Counted from the first letter of the stretch, positions 31,338 through 40,592 are shown. The stretch is 62,764 bases of DNA from a virus (IMGVR_UViG_3300020171_000027:1-62764), one strand, 5' to 3'. Made by a program: numbers and translations. The notes: generated by a model from the sequence alone, not told the origin.

Positions 31338-31380
31338 TATTAAAACCCTGGTAGCTTCTTTTGTGAATATCTTATCAAAA

Positions 31381-32361
31381 TTATGCTTTCATTCCTGCGT
31401 ATAATTCTGAATAATTATTTAATAAACAGAATCCTTGGTCACTCTGAAAAACCAAACTTGATATGGGCTTACCAGATAATTCATAAGGGTCTCCAGAATA
31501 TATATAACTAAATTCATCAATAAACTTTTGCAGATCATCTTTAGTCGTATTTAAAATTGTATCAATATTATTTTTTGTTATTGCCAATGGTGAATATAAT
31601 TTTCTTTCTTTACGCTCAATTTTTGATAAATCTGGTTCTATGATTTGTATATGCTCACCATGTCCTCCTAATCCACCATCAAAAGCGGGTTTTTGTACTA
31701 TGACTCTCTTGGTAATATCGTTTCCTAATTGACATGCTATTCCACCATAAGATAATTTAATTTTGCCAGTCACACAATCTCCGTTGATTCTCAATTCGTC
31801 TTTAACTCCACTTTTGTTTTTCTTCCATTTTAGTCTTGATGGGTTAACAGGAAAATCATATAAAAAAAACATATTATCACTATCCTTAAAATTTTTTTTA
31901 TTGTTTAAATTAATTCTGGCAGCATAATCATATAATGAAGAAGCATATAATTCAAATAAATCCGGAAAGTGTTTTTCCATAATTTGGCTTGCCTCACTTA
32001 TAGAAATAGCGAAATTAAAATTTTCTTTTTTGAAGTCTTCCATAAGCTTTAATGCATTACCACCCTCCTTCTTTTCTTTAGGAGCTAATTGTATTGTGTT
32101 TGGGTTCTGTCTCTCAAGGGAAATCATAATTAATTTTACTGCCTCGTGTTGTCCTACTTGTTTTATCGCATACCCAGCATGACAAATTACTTCACATTGA
32201 TTCCAGTTATAAAAATATTCTTTCGAGTGGTTTATTTGAATAAGATAAATTCCATGTTCATCAAAGTTAGAAATATATCCATGCGAATTTCCCTCCCTAA
32301 ACCCAATAAAAACTTGTTCTCCATTCTTAAAATATTTATTAAATTCTTTAAAAGTTGTCAT
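31381..32361 (-). CDS. AT-rich hypothetical protein inserted between helicase and primase
   Basis: Start at 32361 after GGTGGAG, 326 aa, no motif recognised. Confidence 0.65.
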   Translation of the reverse strand: MTTFKEFNKYFKNGEQVFIGFREGNSHGYISNFDEHGIYLIQINHSKEYFYNWNQCEVICHAGYAIKQVGQHEAVKLIMISLERQNPNTIQLAPKEKKEGGNALKLMEDFKKENFNFAISISEASQIMEKHFPDLFELYASSLYDYAARINLNNKKNFKDSDNMFFLYDFPVNPSRLKWKKNKSGVKDELRINGDCVTGKIKLSYGGIACQLGNDITKRVIVQKPAFDGGLGGHGEHIQIIEPDLSKIERKERKLYSPLAITKNNIDTILNTTKDDLQKFIDEFSYIYSGDPYELSGKPISSLVFQSDQGFCLLNNYSELYAGMKA

Positions 32362-32380
32362 TTCTCCACCTAATATGGCT

Positions 32381-33895
32381 TCATAATACTTGCTTTTGCC
32401 TACTCTTATGATAAGCAATAGCTCTATGTGTAAGATAGTTTTTAAAACCCTGATCAGGAATTATTGGAGCAACGTCTTTCATTCCTTTAGGCCAGCAACC
32501 CATTTTGGATTTATACAGATGAGAACTCCAGCCAGGTGCATAGTTTTTTAATCGGCGCTGATACTCGCACATGCCCATGAATTTGCGCTTTTCTTCCATT
32601 GTAAAGGTTTTTTTCTTGGTCTTGCCTCTGGTTATTTCCTGTAAATCGGCCTCTAAAACCTCAATTTTTTTACCATAGTTCTTGACTTCATACCCGCATC
32701 GAGGGCAAACTTTTCCCTTGAAAATATGCTGGCATTGATCACAGGCTAATGGCGGTTTTTCTTTTTTAGGTCGTTTCTTTTTCTTATAGGCTTGCTTGCC
32801 TTCTAATGTCCATTCGATATCATCCTCAATAAAACCTAATTCAGGGTTTAAAACACAATTCCCGTGGTCAATCACCATGCACTCAGTTTTTCCACTTTCA
32901 GGATGTGGTCTTAACCCCCTGCCTATACATTGCCGCCAGAGACCGACAGATTTCGTGCAACGAGCCATAATTATACAATTTGCTATAGGTGCATCTAAAA
33001 ACTCCTGAAACAAAGCAACATTAACAATCATTTGTACATCGCCATTATTAAACCTTCGTAAAACATCTGCTCTTTCTAAATCGTCAGAATGAGCATCGAG
33101 ATACTCTACCATAATCCCTTTTTTCTGGAATGAATCACATAAATATCGTCCATGCTTTCGATTGACTGCGAAACAAATTGTTTGGCGGTCGCTGGCCAGT
33201 CGAAACCAGTTCTCAACAATGTCTCCAACTAATTCAGAAGTATTCGACCGTTTTCCAAGCTCTTTAATATCCCAATCACCCCTTACTACTTTAACGCCTT
33301 TCATGTCTGGAGATGACCCGCCATAATATATACACCCAACAAGATGTCCTTCTTTAATTAACCGGCTTATTGGAACAACGTCCACAAGGTCATCATACAT
33401 CTCAGACATGGCAGCGTTTGAGCTTAAACACGGTGTTGCTGTTACTCCTATCGCTATTTTATCACTATACTTAGCCATAACCTCTTTAAAAACAGCACTC
33501 AACGACCTGTGACATTCATCCAGAAGCACCAGTGAAGCGTTTACATAGAATTGATTAAATTCTTCTGGTGCTAATTTCAACCGATTCCGATATGTCCATA
33601 CACTGCAAATTTGTATCGGCTTGTTGAAATCTGTCTCAACCCCGCTCATAATAATACCTGCTTCCATTCCATATTCTTCAAATTTCTCAGCGGTCTGAAA
33701 AGCAAGGTCTCTTCTATGCACAAGCAATAAAACCTTTCCTCCTTTTTCTACTGCCAATCTGCTTATTTCATAGAGTATAGCTGTTTTACCGAGTCCTGTC
33801 GAGCCAACCATTAGAACACGTTTATTCCCAGCCATAACAGAATTTCTGACAGCAGATATAAGCTCTTCTTGATAATCTCTTAAAATTAAACCCAA
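32381..33895 (-). CDS. Superfamily 2 DEAD/DEAH helicase with C-terminal Zn finger
   Basis: LRDYQ, TGLGKT, DECH, TAT, QCIGRGLR and CDQC...CPRC. Confidence 0.92.
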   Translation of the reverse strand: MGLILRDYQEELISAVRNSVMAGNKRVLMVGSTGLGKTAILYEISRLAVEKGGKVLLLVHRRDLAFQTAEKFEEYGMEAGIIMSGVETDFNKPIQICSVWTYRNRLKLAPEEFNQFYVNASLVLLDECHRSLSAVFKEVMAKYSDKIAIGVTATPCLSSNAAMSEMYDDLVDVVPISRLIKEGHLVGCIYYGGSSPDMKGVKVVRGDWDIKELGKRSNTSELVGDIVENWFRLASDRQTICFAVNRKHGRYLCDSFQKKGIMVEYLDAHSDDLERADVLRRFNNGDVQMIVNVALFQEFLDAPIANCIIMARCTKSVGLWRQCIGRGLRPHPESGKTECMVIDHGNCVLNPELGFIEDDIEWTLEGKQAYKKKKRPKKEKPPLACDQCQHIFKGKVCPRCGYEVKNYGKKIEVLEADLQEITRGKTKKKTFTMEEKRKFMGMCEYQRRLKNYAPGWSSHLYKSKMGCWPKGMKDVAPIIPDQGFKNYLTHRAIAYHKSRQKQVL

Positions 33896-34548
33896 TACTT
33901 TAATTCCCCTTGTTTTCTTGCTTTTTCGGCTTCTTTTATGGTATTAAAATATCCCAAACAAATCTGCTTATATTTTACTGTAATAGATGCCATGTATTTT
34001 TCAATTCGCTTGTGCCAACTAACACCATTAATTCCGGTTTTATTATTTTTCAATAATCTACGGTTTCTTACCTGATCTGTCATGGTTGCCCAAATACAAT
34101 TTTCTTTAAAATATCCTAAATTATTATCCTTGCGTTCAACTGTTAATTTTTTTGGGCATTTACCCATATCTTTTAAAAAGTTTTCAAAAATCAACCACCG
34201 GTCACAAACCTTAATGCCACGTCCTCCATACCGATAATAATTTTTATCTTTTATGTTATTACACCGCATAACCATGTGCATCCATGAATTATATGTACGT
34301 GTTTTACTCATACCATGTGTTTTATTATTTTCCCCCTGTTGCTTGGCTACTTCTTTCTGTAAACATCCACATGACATAGAGTTCCCACTACTTCGCCTTA
34401 AACTAATCCCTTTTACAACTCTAACTGTTCCACATTCGCAAAGACATTTCCAATATGTAGCTTTTTGTTTTCCACTCCCAGCATATTCGAGAACTGTCCA
34501 CCTACCAAACTTCTTACCCAACATCTCAATCTTAGCCACAATAATCAC
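33886..34548 (-). mobile_element. Free-standing HNH-AP2 homing endonuclease
   Basis: CLCECG...SCGC, YGGRGIKVCDRW, ERKDNNLGY...NC, and AP2 domain NKTGINGVSW...LGYF. Confidence 0.85.
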
Positions 34549-34745
34549 CCTAAATCCACAAAAAGCGCATCAACGTGGAGGGATAGCTCCACCAAACAGC
34601 ATTGCGCTATTTGGAGTTGATACGCTTTTTCTAATTTTAAGTTTGATTGTTTTGAAACTCTATCCAGTTCCATAAGATTTACCTCAATTCCAACATTGCA
34701 TTTTTCAATAGTCTTGTCAAGCTTTTTTCTGGTCATAATGGTATT

Positions 34746-34906
34746 CCCTTAGTACTGTCATTAGTCCCCCTTAGTACTCAGTAGCCGGTATTATAATATA
34801 TACTCTATAGTAATAAATTTCTTATACATGATAAGAAAACAAATGTAAGATAACAGAGAAAATAACGGACAAAAAACCGTCACATATCCGGAGTCTGTCC
34901 GGATAT
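34746..34906. other. Candidate replication origin
   Basis: CCCTTAGTACT direct repeats (34746, 34768), an AT-rich tract, and the ATATCCGGA/TCCGGATAT inverted repeat at the end of the initiator gene. Confidence 0.4.
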
Positions 34907-35242
34907 TCTGGCCTTCTTCTTTGAATATTCATCTCTATATTTCAATAGTTTAGCACATTCTATGGTTATCAATTTTTTATTATTTTTAACACAAAAACCA
35001 AAATTTTCTGAACAAAAAACCAAAATTTTCTGAAACTTTTTTGGAGAAATTTTAACAGAATTACACCATTGTTTGGCTGTCATAGTTGAAGAAGCTACCT
35101 CTTTTTCTTCCCATTTTAGATCATCTGAAAGTATCTCTAAAATCATCCAATATACTCCATACCCTTCAAATCCAAATTCTGCTAAAAGCAACCTCATTGC
35201 AGGATCATTTCGTGCTGTAGCGACATGTTTGAACCATTGCAT
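34880..35242 (-). CDS. Replication initiator N-terminal (DUF4373/Lin1244-like) protein
   Basis: MQWFKH...ARNDP...FGFEGYGVYWMILE, upstream of helicase and primase. Confidence 0.75.
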   Translation of the reverse strand: MQWFKHVATARNDPAMRLLLAEFGFEGYGVYWMILEILSDDLKWEEKEVASSTMTAKQWCNSVKISPKKFQKILVFCSENFGFCVKNNKKLITIECAKLLKYRDEYSKKKARISGQTPDM

Positions 35243-35409
35243 TTATAAACACCAACCCATTAAACGCAAAGAAAGCCCCAAGAAAACAGGGGTGCGGCCC
35301 TTAGCTATATTGGGAATACAGCCTTTCTTGGAGCTATCTTTATTTTTAAAGTTGTTGATTTGGAATTCCGCACGTTCCATAAGTTTGACCTTTCCTTCTT
35401 TCAAAACCC

Positions 35410-35438
35410 ACAATAAACTGCTTATAAACTAATGTCAA
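35410..35438 (-). promoter_or_regulatory. Sigma70-type promoter for the replication block
   Basis: TTGACA-17 bp-TATTGT. Confidence 0.6.
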
Positions 35439-35641
35439 GAATTATTATCAGATTTCTTAACTGTCTTCATATAAAAAGCAGAATCCTCATCCCCAGGCCA
35501 TTTATACGCAGCCAAACAATTACCTATCATCTCGCATGGACAAAAGTCGTCTAAAGCACACCCACATTCATAGTCTTCAGATACCAGTCCGTCATATCCG
35601 TTTTTTTTAAGATATTCTCTAATTATATCATAAACGTTCAT
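35435..35641 (-). CDS. Small Cys-rich phage protein
   Basis: YLKKNGYDGL...ECGC...CPC...C, starting at a junction repeat. Confidence 0.7.
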   Translation of the reverse strand: MNVYDIIREYLKKNGYDGLVSEDYECGCALDDFCPCEMIGNCLAAYKWPGDEDSAFYMKTVKKSDNNS

Positions 35642-35869
35642 AACTACCTCCTATTAATCTTTATTATCAGATTCTTCTTGTTCATAATCCTTACAATCAT
35701 CCCAAAGGGTTTGATCGTCGTCTTTTTTTGGATCGCCGAATCCAAACCAATGATTGTGTCTGCAATTTACCTCCTCCCCTGTGTCCCTATAAAAGTCGTA
35801 TATTTGGCTTTTACAACTATCACATTTCATAATTACCTCCTATTCGCTATCTGGTGCAGCGGGGAGCAT

Positions 35870-36160
35870 TCACACAACTTCTCTGTATTGTACCATCCAA
35901 CCAGCTCCCATTTCAGTTGGATCACATTTTTCCTGCTTATATTCTTCATATAAATCTTTATCGTATTTCTTCATATCTTCTAAATCAGCCTCCCATGCGA
36001 GCGGACAATTTTTTGAAGCACAAACTCCAGTCTCTCTATATATATTTTTACTTCGCGATAAGCATTGATAAGGTTTTTCTTGTGTATCTCTAAATAATCC
36101 GCAGTCTTCTATTAGGCTATCTATGTGAATCATCATTGACTTAATTTTTCTATATCCCAT
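35870..36160 (-). CDS. Hypothetical Cys-containing protein
   Basis: Starts at a junction repeat. Confidence 0.65.
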   Translation of the reverse strand: MGYRKIKSMMIHIDSLIEDCGLFRDTQEKPYQCLSRSKNIYRETGVCASKNCPLAWEADLEDMKKYDKDLYEEYKQEKCDPTEMGAGWMVQYREVV

Positions 36161-36583
36161 AATTACCTCCTAATTAATGTGTTAGCTCCTCACTTTATTA
36201 TCAGGGCAGGTGCATTCATGCTTTATCTGTATTGGGCAAACATCTTCTGCACAACTGCCCCGACATTCATTTTTATCATTATAACAAACAACTCCTGAAT
36301 GCGGATGCGCTCGTTGACGATAAACACATTGATGATTTTCTACTACTATATTCCAGCCCATAATTACCTCCTATCATTGACATTTTTCAGCACCGTATTC
36401 AAAAATTCAGTACAATCCTTAACAGCCGGAAGCATTTCTTGTCCGAACTGCCGGTAAAGTTCTTTCCCCTCTTTTTTAGATAGCTTTTTTATGTTAAAGC
36501 CTTTTCTTTTTAACCATGATTCAAAAAGCATAATTACCTACGATATTAATTTACTTTTAATTTCTCAATCAATTCTGGCAGCA

Positions 36584-36823
36584 TTAATCAACGGCTAACT
36601 TTTTCATTATTCGCTCACAACTTCTACAGATGTGGCTATCTCCTATCAGGCTTTTTCTCCATTCTCCATTAGGTAAATATATAGCCATAGGTTCATGCTT
36701 TTTGTGTCGTCCACATAAACATTTTTTCCATTTCCCTGAATATAAATGGGTGGTGTTACATAAATCAAAATCAGCCAAAACCAAACCCCTATCCTGAGCC
36801 TTTTCGTAATAATAATCATCCAT
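36584..36823 (-). CDS. Small Zn-finger-like protein
   Basis: H...CLCG...HICRSC, starting at a junction repeat. Confidence 0.6.
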   Translation of the reverse strand: MDDYYYEKAQDRGLVLADFDLCNTTHLYSGKWKKCLCGRHKKHEPMAIYLPNGEWRKSLIGDSHICRSCERIMKKLAVD

Positions 36824-36832
36824 AATTACCTC

Positions 36833-37198
36833 CTATTCATCAAAAAACTCTTTGTTTTCTGCATAAAATATTTCTTTAAGTTTTTCATAATCAATTTTAA
36901 TATTTTTAGCTTTTATTCTATCCTGACAAAAATCAAAAATAGGCACATGAATTACGCTATGAAATAATTGACTTAAATCCCCATACCATTCGTTTAGAGT
37001 TGTCCATTCTGATTTATTAAATTCTATAGAATCTTTGTCCCGTAATCGAAATTTAATATTTGGTAATGGTATCGGTGGCACGTTATCACATATAAACTCT
37101 GCAATTTTTTCTATTGCAAAGATATGCCAAGGAGCTGTTTCTAATGATATGCTTGCAGTTTTGTAATAATTGTTTATTCCGTAATTCCAGCTTTTCAT
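36833..37198 (-). CDS. Hypothetical protein
   Basis: 121 aa. Its TAG stop is part of the junction repeat. Confidence 0.6.
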   Translation of the reverse strand: MKSWNYGINNYYKTASISLETAPWHIFAIEKIAEFICDNVPPIPLPNIKFRLRDKDSIEFNKSEWTTLNEWYGDLSQLFHSVIHVPIFDFCQDRIKAKNIKIDYEKLKEIFYAENKEFFDE

Positions 37199-37359
37199 AA
37201 GTGTATTTTGTTATGCCCTTCGCTTTGCCAGGCTCTAATCATTACAAAGAACCATGTTACACCCGTGGCCTTTGGGTGAAGTTTTCTGTATGTCCCATAT
37301 TGATTCAGGATCATCCCTGGGCTGGGTTGCCTTGTCGCAGGGAGATCGAAGGGCATAGG

Positions 37360-38019
37360 TTATGTAAATAATTTCAACTGACTTGCTTCAGACTCAATGC
37401 GTTTTGCTGCAATCGCACAATATTTCTCTTCTTTTTCGATTCCTATCCATCTTTTTCCTAAAATCTCACACGCAACAGCAGTGGTTCCCGAACCAAGATA
37501 GGGGTCTAATATTAATTTAGCATTTGGAGCAAAGGATAGACACCACATTATAAGCTCAACTGGTTTTTGTGCAGGATGCACTCTTGCCTTACCACGAGCC
37601 TCTCCTTGTCTAAGCATACCGTTCCACATGAATCTAAAAATACGGACAGACATTTTAAGGTTTGTCCATGCCAATTCACAATCAGCAAAATTATTTTTAC
37701 CATTAAGTTTGTCCCAGACCAACCATCCCTTGGCCGGTTCAACATTAAAATAATTACCGCCCCATATTATAGCATTTTTACCTGCAGCTATGGTTGCTTT
37801 TATTTCTTCTTTTGATGCTGGTTTTGAATCCCAATCAAAATTGCCATAGTCGGTTGTTTTTGCTAATTTCCCTCTATTGGCAACCCGATAAGCATTTTCT
37901 TTTAATCCATACGGTGGATCCGCTATAACTAAACATGCTTGTTCCAACTCTGGCAATATATCTTCGCACGACCCCAAATACAAATCCCCCAGCTTTGTGG
38001 AATAATACGGCTTAATCAT
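37360..38019 (-). CDS. DNA N6-adenine/N4-cytosine methyltransferase (beta class)
   Basis: ADPPYG, HPAQKP, LDPYLGSGTT and GIEKE. Confidence 0.93.
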   Translation of the reverse strand: MIKPYYSTKLGDLYLGSCEDILPELEQACLVIADPPYGLKENAYRVANRGKLAKTTDYGNFDWDSKPASKEEIKATIAAGKNAIIWGGNYFNVEPAKGWLVWDKLNGKNNFADCELAWTNLKMSVRIFRFMWNGMLRQGEARGKARVHPAQKPVELIMWCLSFAPNAKLILDPYLGSGTTAVACEILGKRWIGIEKEEKYCAIAAKRIESEASQLKLFT

Positions 38020-38195
38020 TTCTCCTCTAACTCATCAGCAACCTGTTTACAGTAATCTCCGGCCACCGAAAGCCAGACTGCTCTGTACTTGCTCTGTACG
38101 TTTTGTTCAATGGCGTCCTGGATTAATAGCATAGCCTGTTGAAGTTTGCGTGTTTGTTCGTATGTCATGGCTTTTCCTTTTTTCTTTTTTTAAGT

Positions 38196-38879
38196 TCATC
38201 TTATAATAAGCCCTTCTGGAAATTCTTTTATTTGTAGTTCATTCCCATAATTGTCCTTCATCCAGACAGGTATGTTGTTTTTTCGTGCTTCTTCGATTAT
38301 GGTATCAGCCCATTCATCAGGCGGTTTAACAGCACCACGTGTCGAATCAGCCCCAATAATGACCCACTGGATACCGAACAAGTCAGGTTTAACTGGTGCA
38401 AGGAGGGGTTCAAAAGAAATAAATCGACCAGCCATACCTACCTGGGCATAATAAACCAAGTCTCTGATATTGTTTTTAGTTCTTTCCGTACCGTCAACCG
38501 TAGTCCCATACCAGCCATTTTCAATAGCCCTGAAATCTCCGTATCGTTTAGGATTTTTTGTAAGAAACAGGTATGTGTGATGGGATGCAAAAACAGTGCA
38601 AACATCAAGAACATCATCTATCTGTTCAGAATCAACCCAGCCCCCCCACATATCACCGGATGAGCCTGTAAAAATAATAGAAGGTTTTTTGACTCTCATA
38701 GGCTGTGATAATCTTTTTGGATGAAATTTGGGTTTCATAATCCCTGGGAATCTTTTTTCCATTCGCATCATGTAACAGTATGGGCAGGCGTGTAGGCAAC
38801 CTGAAATGGGATTCCATGTATAATCGCAGTAATCTATCTTTCCAATGCCTTGTTTATTCATAACCCTAATCCTCGACAC
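38196..38879 (-). CDS. DUF5131 (phage Gp37/Gp68) radical SAM protein
   Basis: TWNPISGCLHACPYCY (CxxxCxxC), LTKNP, FISFEPLL and WVIIG. Confidence 0.9.
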   Translation of the reverse strand: MSRIRVMNKQGIGKIDYCDYTWNPISGCLHACPYCYMMRMEKRFPGIMKPKFHPKRLSQPMRVKKPSIIFTGSSGDMWGGWVDSEQIDDVLDVCTVFASHHTYLFLTKNPKRYGDFRAIENGWYGTTVDGTERTKNNIRDLVYYAQVGMAGRFISFEPLLAPVKPDLFGIQWVIIGADSTRGAVKPPDEWADTIIEEARKNNIPVWMKDNYGNELQIKEFPEGLIIR

Positions 38880-38979
38880 ACTCTTTCAGCCCATTCCGGC
38901 CCTAAAAACCTGCCATCAGTTCCAACTGTTCTACATTTATAAAACAAGAACTTTAAAAATCTTTTTGATAGTTTTGCTG

Positions 38980-39210
38980 TCATGATTTCACCCTTATTTT
39001 CAGTAATGCCTGTGCTGGTATGTCGTAGGCTTTCATATATTTTAAGATTATTGCAGGGCTGATTGATCTTTGGTTATGAATATGCTTATATAAAGTGCTT
39101 GGAGTAACCTTGCTTTTTTTTGCCATTTGGGTGAGCGTAAGATTATTTTTCTTTTTGTATCGTGCTAAAATATTCAATTTATAATCTCCTTTCAAACGTA
39201 AGTTTATCAA
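38980..39210 (-). CDS. Cro/XRE-family HTH regulator
   Basis: LTLTQMAKKSKVTPSTLYKHIHNQRSIS, first gene of the leftward arm at a divergent promoter pair. Confidence 0.8.
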   Translation of the reverse strand: MINLRLKGDYKLNILARYKKKNNLTLTQMAKKSKVTPSTLYKHIHNQRSISPAIILKYMKAYDIPAQALLKIRVKS

Positions 39211-39300
39211 GGGTTAGCATTTTATTAAGGGCGTGTCAAGAAAAAAAAGTGTTGCCAACTAAAAATAATTGTTGACACGTATTTTGATATGTGCAATGTA
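39210..39300. promoter_or_regulatory. Divergent promoter pair
   Basis: TTGACACG on both strands (39232-39239 minus, 39272-39279 plus) around an A-rich spacer. The -10 boxes are weak. Confidence 0.6.
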
Positions 39301-39809
39301 AGAAGAAACTAAACAATGGAGGTGAATATGGAAACAACAGGATTAAATTTTTTAGAAGCGCATACGGCATTGATCGAAAGTAAGTGCGAGAAGATTGAAG
39401 CCCAAAGGAATCCTGGAATTTATTACTCTTGCAAAGATTTTCTCGGCGAATGGAAATTAATAGGAGTTAAGCAAAAGATTGAGGATGTTGGATGGCTGGA
39501 AGGAGACTGTCCCAATAGGCAAGTGTGCAGGGCAAGACTTACTCAAAAAGCCCAAAATGAAGATGACTTTGGAGTGGGTTGAAAAATGAAATCAATAGCA
39601 ACCATAATATTTTTAACAGCACTAATGACCTCCGTGGTGCTGATTGTAATTAATATTTTATGTCCATGACTGTCGGGGCTGACTGCAAAAAATAGGGAAG
39701 GTTATGTAGTTTGGCAAGGGTCGCAGGAGGCCCCGATTAACAATATCAGGGCAAATTGGCATGTTAATCACTGGTTATAAAGATTTACTAATTAAAGGAG
39801 AATTTTAAA

Positions 39810-40019
39810 ATGTCTAATACATCAAGTTCATCGTCAGGTATAGGAGTATGCGGCTTGTTGGGTGTTGTATTTATTACGCTTAAACTTACAGGATATATTA
39901 CATGGTCTTGGTGGTTGGTTACTTTACCTTTTTGGGGAGGTATAGTTTTTGTATTATTTATTTTAGCCTGTCTCTTTGGTGGCGCATGTATTAGCTATTT
40001 TTGCCGTAAATCTTTATAA
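39810..40019 (+). CDS. Small two-TM phage membrane protein (cassette A1)
   Basis: SSSSGIG..GLLGVVFITLKLTGYITWSWWLVTLPFW, a motif common in phage genomes. RBS AAGGAG. Confidence 0.8.
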   Translation: MSNTSSSSSGIGVCGLLGVVFITLKLTGYITWSWWLVTLPFWGGIVFVLFILACLFGGACISYFCRKSL

Positions 40020-40103
40020 TACAGCACTGGAGACCGACCAGAGAAGGCTATGCGATTTGGCGTAATCATCACGTGGCGGCTCAGTTATATCGTTAGGTGA
40101 CTT

Positions 40104-40367
40104 ATGAGAAAATTAATAACTCTTGTTTCAAGACTAAATGTGTTACTCAGTAGTGAGTATGCTATTATTCGCAGTGATCATAAAGTAATGAGTTCAGAAG
40201 AATATAAAACACTTAGAAAACTTTGCAATGATATTAATTCAGAACTCGAACGTCACCTAACCCAGCAGTGCAGCGGACGGGAAATAGCGGAGGCATTTTG
40301 CTTAGATTGTGGCTTTGATTATGGTTCATCAAATTGTCAGGGCTGTGAACATTATTCCCGCCGCTGA
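40104..40367 (+). CDS. Hypothetical protein (cassette A2) reading through its attC-like site
   Basis: The C-terminal CLDC...CQGC is encoded in the attC loop, and the stop lies in the L' box. Confidence 0.55.
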   Translation: MRKLITLVSRLNVLLSSEYAIIRSDHKVMSSEEYKTLRKLCNDINSELERHLTQQCSGREIAEAFCLDCGFDYGSSNCQGCEHYSRR

Positions 40368-40592
40368 CTTACATCGTTATCTGCTTTGATGGGGGTGTAA
40401 GAAATAGCTGTAAATATATATTGTCTTTCCGGAAAGATTCTATATAGACAGCAAACCGTGACGAAAAAACATAGAGACGTTCTATGCAGATTTCAAATTG
40501 GGTTTCTTACATCTCACATGAGCGCAGATAACACACCACTTGAGCTAATGGAAGGGTATGTGATAAATGTCAAAGATTATTGGAGAGTTAGA

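Larger units (their letters stand above)
35639..36837 (-). repeat. Repeated stop-RBS-start junction TAGGAGGTAATTATG
   Basis: Perfect copies at 35828, 36158, 36359 and 36821, a one-mismatch copy at 35639, and a partial copy at 36529. Confidence 0.85.

Noticed and set aside
31340-31380. Orphan duplicate of the helicase C-terminus (IRYSQKKLPGF*)
   Set aside because: The similarity to IAYHKSRQKQVL* is too weak and there is no nucleotide repeat.
35639-36837. Mini-CRISPR from the 15-bp repeat
   Set aside because: The repeat is an RBS plus start codon, and the intervening sequences are 170-330-bp coding regions.
40458-40592. N-terminal extension of ORF 40458..40889
   Set aside because: The GTG start has no RBS and crosses a structured cassette and an attC-like site. 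The ATG at 40593 has a good RBS.
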